DNA of 64,000 nucleotides from an uncultured Acidobacteriota bacterium (GTDB lineage Bacteria; Acidobacteriota; Thermoanaerobaculia; Gp7-AA8): NCBI GenBank assembly GCA_937870635.1, contig CALMZP010000084.1, positions 5,335 to 69,334 of the forward strand, read 5' to 3'. Shown piece by piece: positions 56,419 to 64,000 of this stretch (position 1 is its first letter; each line of letters starts with the position of its first letter). The notes under the pieces were generated by a model. It saw only the letters and a program-made list of their open reading frames with translations, ran no database searches and was not told where the DNA came from. The position numbers and the translations under genes were made by a program.

Positions 56419-56886
56419 TCAGTTCCTCCCTTCGGGAAGGTACGCACGAATACCATTCCCACGATTCGTTTCGCCCGAAGCGAGTCGGGCCTTGACTTCC
56501 TCGATTTTCAGTTCAGCCTCGATCAGCGCGTCCATGACTTCGTCATGCTTGATCCGAACCCACGGCTCAACCTTTGTCAAGAATGTCACCGTATTGCGAA
56601 ACCCGTTCACCGCCAGCGCATACGAACCCGCATGGCCTTTTGCAACTCTGTCAGGTCGTGAATGAACCTCGACTGCGCTACTGATTCCCCGTCTAGCGAG
56701 GAAGTCTTGGATTTCATCCAGCAACTCACGCGAGTTCTGATAGAACTTCACGCGCCAACGAAAGTTGCGACCGGCCTTGTGCGATCCACTGGATTGCCAG
56801 CGACAATCGACGCATCCTTCTCCGTCGAAGAAACCAGCCACGAACGCCCATGAGAGTTCGCGTTTGGTTTCTCGCAACCATGCCAT
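56419..56886 (-). mobile_element. free-standing LAGLIDADG homing endonuclease
   Basis: FVAGFFDGEGC; begins MAWL like the downstream tube gene. Confidence 0.92.
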
Positions 56887-56910
56887 CTTGTCAGTTCCTC
56901 CTCTCGGTTC

Positions 56911-58029
56911 CTAGACGGCGATCTGAAGCTGTGCGTCCACGAGGATCGTCTGGATGCCGCGCACGACCTCGCCCTTGTACGTGACGGTGACAGAACGACC
57001 GTCCGCCGAGCTTGTCACCGCGACGAAGTAACCACTATCACCATCCGGCTGCGGGAGAGGCTTGATCCAGTTCGACCGCTCGGAAAGCAGCGCCTCGACG
57101 CCCGCCTTCAGATCGTTGCGGTTTGCCAGGGTGTTGCCCCGGCGCAGGAAGTTGTTGCCCTCCACGTAATCCCGAACGTCGATGAAAAGCTGATCCACGA
57201 TCAGCCTTGTCATCAGAGCGTCCATCGTGGAGTCCACCGTGTACGTCGTGCGAAGGTGCGTGACCTCCACGCCTCCGTTGCGGCCCCGCCGAAGCGGCGA
57301 CACACCGCCGACAAGCAGCGTCTCGAAGTCGTTGACCGGCACCCCACCCGTCACCTTGATCCTGAAAAGCGGGTAGCCGGAAGCATCCCGCTCGACATCC
57401 GTGAAGGCTGCGAGCGAGAGCGTATCGAGATCGTCTGACAAGTCGGCGTTCTTGGCGACCTCTGCCGCCACCGCCGCCGCTGCAAACGCGCCCGAGCGCA
57501 ACGTGCCTGCCTCGTCATAGATGCCGGGAGCGACGAGGACTGCACGCTTGGATGCGATGGCCCCTGCTGCGGTGATCAGGTTAGCCGACGAGGTTGCCGT
57601 CGCCATTCCGACGAAACACACCTGCTTGTTCTGAATCAGATCCGCGTTTTCACACGAATCGGCCAGGGCGACATGATCGGCCTGAGCAATCGAGTCCGTC
57701 AGGCGAACTCGAATGTCAGGATCGCTTTCGAGAATCGCCCATGCCGTCTGACGCTGTACGAGCGTCGGTGCTGCGCCCGAGGCCGACGCAATCGCCGTGA
57801 CCTCTGGAACCCCCCGACCAAGGAGGAACTTGACAATTGCAGCCAGGGGCGATGCTGCCCCAAACTGCGTGTCCGCCTCCGAAGGCCGAGTGATTTTCAC
57901 CGGAACTGCGACCGCCGCCGAACCGATTGCCGCCTTTTCACCCTCCACGCCAATCGGCAGGAAAAGCTCCTGGCTGAAACGCGGCCCGAGGCTGGTTGCG
58001 TCCTTGACTTCCGGGTACAGTTGCGACAT
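56911..58029 (-). CDS. tail sheath protein
   Basis: FG..S.L, LLVGGVSPL and RTTY...TRLIVD are sheath C-terminal patterns. Confidence 0.82.
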   Translation of the reverse strand: MSQLYPEVKDATSLGPRFSQELFLPIGVEGEKAAIGSAAVAVPVKITRPSEADTQFGAASPLAAIVKFLLGRGVPEVTAIASASGAAPTLVQRQTAWAILESDPDIRVRLTDSIAQADHVALADSCENADLIQNKQVCFVGMATATSSANLITAAGAIASKRAVLVAPGIYDEAGTLRSGAFAAAAVAAEVAKNADLSDDLDTLSLAAFTDVERDASGYPLFRIKVTGGVPVNDFETLLVGGVSPLRRGRNGGVEVTHLRTTYTVDSTMDALMTRLIVDQLFIDVRDYVEGNNFLRRGNTLANRNDLKAGVEALLSERSNWIKPLPQPDGDSGYFVAVTSSADGRSVTVTYKGEVVRGIQTILVDAQLQIAV

Positions 58030-58043
58030 TTTTCACTCCCTTT

Positions 58044-58454
58044 CTAGTTGCTTACCCGTAGAGGGGCTGGAACAGAAGTGACATGTCGCAGCCACCACTT
58101 CCCATGCTCCTTTTTCAGTTTCCTGACTTCTCGCATGTATCGCAAGCACTCCTCGGCCCTCGCCTTCTTGACGATCAGATGCGGTGAAAGTCTTTTCAGC
58201 ACGTACTCAACGCTATCGAACTCACTGATCTGAACATCACGCTGACCTGTTTCTGCAAGTGGGCGCAGGTACGTGAGGACACCCGCTGTTTCAAGGAACT
58301 CGTTTATTTCATCGAGAACCCAGGATTGAACGCCATTCTGCGAGATGGAAAGCCTGACCGCTGACGGAGGCTGGCCGGGGTTCTGCCGCGCCACAGAAAT
58401 GCAGCCTTCTCCGTCGAAGAAGCCCGCCAACCACTTCCATGACAACTGGCTCAT
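58044..58454 (-). mobile_element. free-standing LAGLIDADG homing endonuclease
   Basis: WLAGFFDGEGC; PHLIVKKARA; begins MSQL like the downstream sheath. Confidence 0.92.
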
Positions 58455-58469
58455 CTTTCACTCCCTTCG

Positions 58470-59096
58470 TTATCCCGTGATCGTCACGTTGCCGTCGATG
58501 ACATTCTGCGGGTCTTGCTCGATCCCATCGATGAAGGTGATGGGTGCCTTCTTTGTGCGTGAGTAGACGCGAACACGAAGCTCGATGTCCACTACCCTGA
58601 AAACGGGTAGATCGTTGATCCGATCGTTCACGCTCTGTCCTCCTGAAAACGACAGGATTTCCACCCCGTCGGTATGAGCCATGCAACGCTCCCGTGCCGC
58701 AGGCCCAACGAACATGCGATCAAGGTCTTGGCGAGCTTCGAGTCTAGCAGACGCGCCGCCCGACTCCACGCTTGCCCACACACCTACATTGATGGTCACT
58801 TCATGACAATGAGCCTCCCACTCCTCGACGGTGCCCGCGCCTTCGTTGTAGACGTAGTTCACTACGTTGTCACCGAACCCAAACGGGATCAGGCGCGGTT
58901 CGTCCACATCGAAGTGGATGATCGTCGCCGGGAACGGCATTTTTTCAGCCAGCCTCTCAGAAGGCGGATACTCCATGATCAACTCATAGACAGGAGGCCC
59001 GCCCACGTTTGTCAGAAAGTCGCCTAGCTCGTCCTCGATGTAGTCCTTCAAGGACTCCACCAAGCTAGTTGCCCACTTGTCAGGGTTGAACGGCAC
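58470..59096 (-). CDS. tail completion/terminator protein
   Basis: Position upstream of the sheath; FPATII and INVGVWA patterns. Confidence 0.6.
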   Translation of the reverse strand: MPFNPDKWATSLVESLKDYIEDELGDFLTNVGGPPVYELIMEYPPSERLAEKMPFPATIIHFDVDEPRLIPFGFGDNVVNYVYNEGAGTVEEWEAHCHEVTINVGVWASVESGGASARLEARQDLDRMFVGPAARERCMAHTDGVEILSFSGGQSVNDRINDLPVFRVVDIELRVRVYSRTKKAPITFIDGIEQDPQNVIDGNVTITG

Positions 59097-59710
59097 TAGC
59101 CCCTCCTCGTCCTGAGCAGCCCTGCGCGAGCGGCCCATCGCTGACCCGATGGAACACGCGGCCGCGCAGACGCCCGAGGCACGTAGTTTGTCATCGGTGC
59201 CGCCAGAAGTGTCGTCCCCTGCATCCGAGCGGCAAAGCTGCGGAAGCGCCCCTTATTGTCACGAAGGCTCCCGAATGTTTCCTGTGCGATCCGCTCTGCG
59301 AACCGAGTCCGCTGGATGAAGCGCAGCGTCGCCACGCCTGACATTCGCAGAATCGGTCGGCGCACACCGCCGCCACCGGCGACGATGCCATGCTCGACCA
59401 TCCACGCGCCACGCTCCTCGTTGAAAACTTCCCATGCCCCCATCGAGACGCGGCGCACCCGCCAGCCCCGCCCTGATCGCCCTGTGATCCGCCTGACAGG
59501 GATTGTCCCCGGCGCTCCACCCGGATACTGCGTGCCTCGGTAGTAGCGCATGGCGAACCCTTGGGTCGTGTGGGCAAGGAGGCGAGCCGCCGTGTTCATG
59601 ACGGTTGAAAACTCGCGGGTTCCCTGCTTCATCGAGCGGATCAGATCGTCAAGCTCATCGAACGTCTGCCGCGAGATCGCGTATGCGCCAGGGATGACGT
59701 ATCTAGCCAT
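59096..59710 (-). CDS. neck protein, HK97 gp10-like
   Basis: PVRRITG, VFNE..AWMVEHG and RPIL motifs. Confidence 0.6.
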   Translation of the reverse strand: MARYVIPGAYAISRQTFDELDDLIRSMKQGTREFSTVMNTAARLLAHTTQGFAMRYYRGTQYPGGAPGTIPVRRITGRSGRGWRVRRVSMGAWEVFNEERGAWMVEHGIVAGGGGVRRPILRMSGVATLRFIQRTRFAERIAQETFGSLRDNKGRFRSFAARMQGTTLLAAPMTNYVPRASARPRVPSGQRWAARAGLLRTRRG

Positions 59711-60167
59711 CTGTGGGCCTCTCAGTTTTCACCAAGCGAAGGCCGACTTTGCGTCGATAGGTACTGGCCTTGATCTCTCCGATCAGCTTCAGTCGTGCGT
59801 TCCATTCTTTTTCAGTTACTTTGCGGCCCTTGGGCTTCATCATGTGGAGGGCAATGTACCTCTCCAACTGATCACCCTTCATGCGCGAATAACGAAGAAG
59901 GTTTTGAGCGGCAACCACTGACAACTCACCCTGAACGATCCAAACCCATGAGTCACGAATCCCATGCTGACTAACCCTGCCCCCGAAGTTGTTTTCAAGC
60001 CACAGGAGAACCCTGGGATCGTTATTTGCGATCCGCAATGACAAGTTCATGATACGCGAGCCTTTCTTGCCGCCGCGCGTATCCGACTTTCTTGTGACAA
60101 TCGAAACGGTGACGCACCCTTCGCCGTCGAACAAGCCAGCCAGGTATTTCCAGTCGTCTCTTGTCAT
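59703..60167 (-). mobile_element. free-standing LAGLIDADG homing endonuclease carrying the original C-terminus of the upstream gene
   Basis: YLAGLFDGEGC; ends VGLRLVKTERPTDG like the upstream protein. Confidence 0.92.
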
Positions 60168-60661
60168 CCCGTCGGCCTTTCTGTCTTGACAAGTCTTAGG
60201 CCCACTTCCCAATGGTGCGGCATACCGTCTGCCGGATCGGGAATCTTGTTGGCGCTGACAACCACGTAGCGGCGACCGTCATAGGCGATGTAGTCCTCGC
60301 CCGACTGCGACCATTCGTAGAAGTTGAGGACGACGTTGTTCCATGACAACGGGAAGATGCCCAAGTGGTCGTCGGCTTCGACCTCTCCGAATAGCTGCAT
60401 GATGTATTCGGTTGTCAAGCGCCGCACCGCGCCTGCCTGTACGGGCTGGACAAAAGCTCGAACCGTTGTAGCCGTGGTTGCCACGGTGACATACCCCTGC
60501 TCGTTGCACATCGGTTGGGCCGGGTTCTCCTTGTGCCAGCGCAGGTTGCGATACCCGAGCGCCGTCCGGCACGGGCAAGGCACGGTGCCTGCCTCGCGGT
60601 GATACTCCGCGACCGATCCGCTGACTTCGAGTCTTTTCAGGAAACGGGGTACGTTGCTCAT
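60164..60661 (-). CDS. head closure/head-tail joining protein
   Basis: CPC...C..GY; D.I.YDGRRY.V...HHWEV.L; position. Confidence 0.65.
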   Translation of the reverse strand: MSNVPRFLKRLEVSGSVAEYHREAGTVPCPCRTALGYRNLRWHKENPAQPMCNEQGYVTVATTATTVRAFVQPVQAGAVRRLTTEYIMQLFGEVEADDHLGIFPLSWNNVVLNFYEWSQSGEDYIAYDGRRYVVVSANKIPDPADGMPHHWEVGLRLVKTERPTG

Positions 60662-60662
60662 G

Positions 60663-61361
60663 TCACTCGTAGTTCACGGTCAGGGCCAGGCGCGAATGAT
60701 CCCAGGAGATCGAGGATACCCCGCCCAGGCCAGTCGGGTCAATGTCAGGAAGCACAAACACCCAGGCATTGCCAATGCCTAGAAGCCGGTTGGCTTCCTT
60801 TGTCAAGTAATCAATCAGGTTGTCCAGGCTTGCCTTTGTCGAGCTATCCGACTTCTGACTGACAAGACCTGCCGTGTAGCTCTCACCGGACGCGCCTTCC
60901 ATGAGGAACGTCTGGATCGAGGATCGCGCGAGCGCCATCAGCGTCAACCCCTCCAACTGACGCCATGTCACTGATTCCCTTGTCAGGTCATAGGGATCAA
61001 GCACCTTCATGTATTCCGCGATCACGAACTCGGTAGCCTGGACAGCGATTGCCTCGTTCAACGTTGCGTCTCGCTGCATCAGTCGGCTGAAAACCTCATG
61101 GACAAGGGTGCGTGTTCCGCCCTGAAGGCCAGCGGACATGTCACCGATGATCCCTTGGTCAGTCTCCCACGCGATTGCGAACCACCGATCCACCGCCGTA
61201 GCAAGGTTGGTGGTATAGCGCGTGATGTAGTTCGGATACGTGCCGATGACAGTGACAACCTCGATCTCGTTGTACGGGCCTTCCTCGGCCACGCTCTCGT
61301 AGATGTGCAGCTTTGCGATGTCAGGGTCACTCGGCGGAACGAAGTCGAGCCTTACTTTCAT
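60663..61361 (-). CDS. head-tail adaptor-like protein
   Basis: Position; SGESYTAGLVSQ pattern. Confidence 0.5.
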   Translation of the reverse strand: MKVRLDFVPPSDPDIAKLHIYESVAEEGPYNEIEVVTVIGTYPNYITRYTTNLATAVDRWFAIAWETDQGIIGDMSAGLQGGTRTLVHEVFSRLMQRDATLNEAIAVQATEFVIAEYMKVLDPYDLTRESVTWRQLEGLTLMALARSSIQTFLMEGASGESYTAGLVSQKSDSSTKASLDNLIDYLTKEANRLLGIGNAWVFVLPDIDPTGLGGVSSISWDHSRLALTVNYE

Positions 61362-62935
61362 CAGATGTCCACCCTTGTCAGTTGGCCCTTCTCGGGCAGG
61401 GTCACTACGATCACCGTCTCCTCGGGGCTTGCGCCAGTCAACCGACCACCTTCGACCGTCGCACTTGTCAGCATGTGAACTTCGGTGCCGTCTAGGAACT
61501 CACCCGTCAACATCTCCCACACCCCGGCAAGCAGGGCGCGAGCCATGAGTGTACCGGCCCGCTCGGCTTCCTTCTGCCGCAGCGCGGTGATCGAACCGAC
61601 TGCGACGAGGGCACCTGTCCTCGATGCGGTGAAAACGTCAGCACCGTACAACTGACCACCGGCAAGGAGAACACCCTGCTTCGTGGCCGTGTAGGAATCG
61701 ATGCCTGCTGCCAGCGTGTCAGCCGCCAAGAATCCACTCTCACCGAACTCTTGAACACTGACGCCTGACATTGTGGAACCCGCCGCGAGAGTCCCTGACT
61801 TACCGGCCCCTTCCTTGACGCCCGCACCTGACAAAACCGCGCCTGCGATCAATGAACCGATCTCGCTCATCGTGCCCGCGTCAGCGCCCGCCAGGAGGCT
61901 CTGAGCGGCCACGTAAGCCGCTCGCGCCCGCTCAGTGACCTTCGACCCCGCCTGAAGCGCCGAGGCGCTTAGAAGGCCGCTCTCGGCAGCTTCTCGCACG
62001 TCTACACCGGCAGTCCGGGCAAAGGCGAGCAGCGAACCAGCTTCAGCCGCTTCTCGAACATCGACCCCACTGACAACTGCGCCAGCGATCAGCGAACCCG
62101 GACGAGGCGCGGCTTCTTTCAGGCTGACGCCTGCCAGTAGGGCACCCGCGAGTAGCACCCCGAGTTCGGCCCGTTCACTGACATCCCCACCGGCAAGAGC
62201 AGCCTGGCTGATCAACGCGCCGAGTTCCGCCCGTTCTGAGGCGTCAGCGCCAGCCTGGACTGAAAACGCACGCAGCGAGCCTAGCTCTGCACGTTCAGCT
62301 ACGTCCGCGCCCACCTGTGTCGTATCAGCAACCAAGGCACCTGTTTTTTCATGCGTTACACCGCTTGTGACAGTTTCAGCTGAAGTCGAATCGACCGACC
62401 ACACGCTCGACTGGATGAGGTATCCGATTGGGCCTGTAATCGAATGTGAAGAATCAGTACGGCTGAAAATTTCCGTCCACGCACCTGTCCCGGCCACCGC
62501 ACGATAAAATGCCTTGATCGTTGTTCCAACTTTTTCAAGTCGAATTTCAGACCCGGCAACAACCCCTCCACTTGGCCCTGTGGCCGTCGCCCCAATTGAA
62601 GCCTGAGTCCCGCTTGTCATCTTCCAAAGTTGCCAGGTGCCACTCGCCCCGGAGATGTGGATAAAATAGCCATTGGGGGATGCCGTGTCACCGTTCGAGA
62701 TCGGCCCCGTAAGTTCAAAGCCATCACCTGTCGCTGCAACTTGAATTGTCGCGTCATGGCGAAAATCCGGCCCGAATGAAATATCGCCCTTGTATGCGCT
62801 GCCCCACCCGCTTGAAGGCCGTTTCAGTCCGTTGCTGACAAGATCAAGAACAGCGTCGGCCGCATAGATCGAGTTTACCCACGGTGCGGAAACCGGACTC
62901 TCGTTCGCGCGATTGTAATTGTCAACGAGAGGCAT
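61361..62935 (-). CDS. virion fibre/decoration-like protein: beta-sandwich domain plus about 22-aa repeats
   Basis: DNYNRAN N-terminus; repeated GADV.ERAELG.L.A units. Confidence 0.65.
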   Translation of the reverse strand: MPLVDNYNRANESPVSAPWVNSIYAADAVLDLVSNGLKRPSSGWGSAYKGDISFGPDFRHDATIQVAATGDGFELTGPISNGDTASPNGYFIHISGASGTWQLWKMTSGTQASIGATATGPSGGVVAGSEIRLEKVGTTIKAFYRAVAGTGAWTEIFSRTDSSHSITGPIGYLIQSSVWSVDSTSAETVTSGVTHEKTGALVADTTQVGADVAERAELGSLRAFSVQAGADASERAELGALISQAALAGGDVSERAELGVLLAGALLAGVSLKEAAPRPGSLIAGAVVSGVDVREAAEAGSLLAFARTAGVDVREAAESGLLSASALQAGSKVTERARAAYVAAQSLLAGADAGTMSEIGSLIAGAVLSGAGVKEGAGKSGTLAAGSTMSGVSVQEFGESGFLAADTLAAGIDSYTATKQGVLLAGGQLYGADVFTASRTGALVAVGSITALRQKEAERAGTLMARALLAGVWEMLTGEFLDGTEVHMLTSATVEGGRLTGASPEETVIVVTLPEKGQLTRVDI

Positions 62936-63429
62936 TAGACATCCGCAACTGCTGAATCGAGGAATTCGACAGGCAATGGGGTTTCCTGTGTGCCGTCGAG
63001 GGTGATGGCGTCGGTCGCAGCGAGGTAACGAGGCTGAAATCTGCGCTTCAACACGAACCGTAGGACATCTCGCAGCGTGAACGCGCCAAGGTCAGTACCG
63101 AGGTCAGCTTGCCATTCTGCGCGAGAATAGCCACACTCCTCAATCCAGTCGCGGAGATTTCGCTTCTGTGCGGTTGTCAGATTAGAAAGGGAATCGCCCA
63201 AGCTGCTTTTGGGTAGGCGACGAATCGTCGGGTCGGCCGCGATTGTCTGAAGGGTTGTTACAGACGCTCGCACCTTACAAACGTAGCGCCCACCAAGGCA
63301 CTCCTCGCCTGTCCAGTTGCCGCCGTCCTGACGGATGATGTTGTCATATTCGTTGATCGCACACCATCTCGACGGGTGGCCATTGAGCGCCACCCGTCGA
63401 TCCGGTGCAATGAACCATGCGACAGGCAT
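62935..63429 (-). CDS. hypothetical virion-associated protein
   Basis: Coupled ORF. Confidence 0.6.
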   Translation of the reverse strand: MPVAWFIAPDRRVALNGHPSRWCAINEYDNIIRQDGGNWTGEECLGGRYVCKVRASVTTLQTIAADPTIRRLPKSSLGDSLSNLTTAQKRNLRDWIEECGYSRAEWQADLGTDLGAFTLRDVLRFVLKRRFQPRYLAATDAITLDGTQETPLPVEFLDSAVADV

Positions 63430-63432
63430 TTG

Positions 63433-63927
63433 TCAGTGAAGCAGCGCGATTGTCGGCGTAACTTTGATCACGTCATTAGCGGCCAGCACCACGGCGAGGC
63501 CGTCATCGAAGTTCGCCTGCCCGATGACAACGGTGTGACCGTTGTTGGTGATGTAGAACCCGTTGACCGTCGAGCCTGTGGCACCGACTGTCGGGAATGT
63601 CACCTGCGGGTAGGTGGTCTGACGCCCTGCGTTCGTCGGCCGCTCTGCAACCGCTCCCCACGTCGCAGCGGCGAGAGCCTGACGCGCGTAGTTCGTGTAC
63701 GCCGACTCCGTGATGTTGGCGAACGTCTGCGCGTGCGTGATCACCGTTGTCGCTGTCTGCGAAGTGAAAAGCGCGAGGTTGAGCGGTGACGTGTATTTCA
63801 CCGTGTCCTTCGGGAACTGCCCGAGCCACACGTCGAGTCCTTCATCCGGCATCATCTGTGCCATGAAAACCGGATCGGACTCAAACGGCATGTAGTCCCG
63901 ATAGTGGATGTGACGCTCATGCAGCAT
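63433..63927 (-). CDS. virion structural protein (fibre-anchoring type)
   Basis: LALFT...ESAYTNYARQ...VTFPT...TVNGF pattern seen in phage structural proteins; GGAGG RBS. Confidence 0.65.
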   Translation of the reverse strand: MLHERHIHYRDYMPFESDPVFMAQMMPDEGLDVWLGQFPKDTVKYTSPLNLALFTSQTATTVITHAQTFANITESAYTNYARQALAAATWGAVAERPTNAGRQTTYPQVTFPTVGATGSTVNGFYITNNGHTVVIGQANFDDGLAVVLAANDVIKVTPTIALLH

Positions 63928-64000
63928 TGTCACTAGCCTCCATCCGGGCTGCACGCCGCTCGAAGGTGGCCTGCGCCTGACCAACGGCACCCTGCCACTC

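Noticed and set aside
35057-60167. LAGLIDADG ORFs as group I intron or intein cargo
   Set aside because: They abut neighbouring genes with little or no flanking sequence for an intron core, are separate ORFs and lack intein splice residues.
47455-60200. TGAMAA as the homing endonuclease target site
   Set aside because: The motif is present at several junctions but is abundant everywhere and far shorter than homing sites, so co-occurrence is not informative.
292-63895. Many long plus-strand ORFs in the track (e.g. 13821-14687, 20245-21258, 47322-48341)
   Set aside because: Antisense shadows of well-supported minus-strand genes in high-GC DNA, with no RBS or motifs.
1-64000. Stop-codon reassignment suggested by frequent TGA-containing motifs and one in-frame TAA
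   Set aside because: Core genes translate full length in the standard code, and all three stops end genes at coupled junctions.
1-64000. Prophage, integrase or att site
   Set aside because: No integrase, repressor cassette or host genes recognised in the window; lifestyle cannot be determined.

Overview
The window is most of a high-GC tailed phage genome, myovirus-type because it encodes sheath, tube and baseplate J/gp25-like proteins. The host is probably an Actinomycetota member (inference). Nearly all genes are on the minus strand. In minus-strand reading order from the right end the modules are: head-completion, tail and baseplate genes (64-43 kb), lysis (43-38.9 kb), replication/recombination (38.1-16 kb: Sm/Hfq-like, DnaB, primase, SSB, HU-like, DnaE, RecA, Cas4-like, resolvases, MT-A70 methylase, SF2 helicase), early/accessory genes with a compositionally distinct island (16-9.6 kb), a long non-coding candidate genome-end region (about 8.3-9.6 kb), small accessory genes, and terminase plus the start of portal. 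Capsid genes lie outside the window. Main observations: (1) about 11 free-standing homing endonuclease genes, seven of them at gene boundaries where they keep the original start or end of an essential gene and a synonymously recoded copy restores it; (2) the hexamer TGAMAA (TGACAA/TGAAAA) occurs on both strands at about 8-10 per kb in hand-counted windows, including inside genes; (3) an AG/CT-depleted island beside the putative genome end; (4) an Hfq-like gene plus candidate small/structured RNAs; (5) an HNH ORF that forms exactly the loop of a long inverted repeat. All product calls come from motif recognition by eye, not from database searches.
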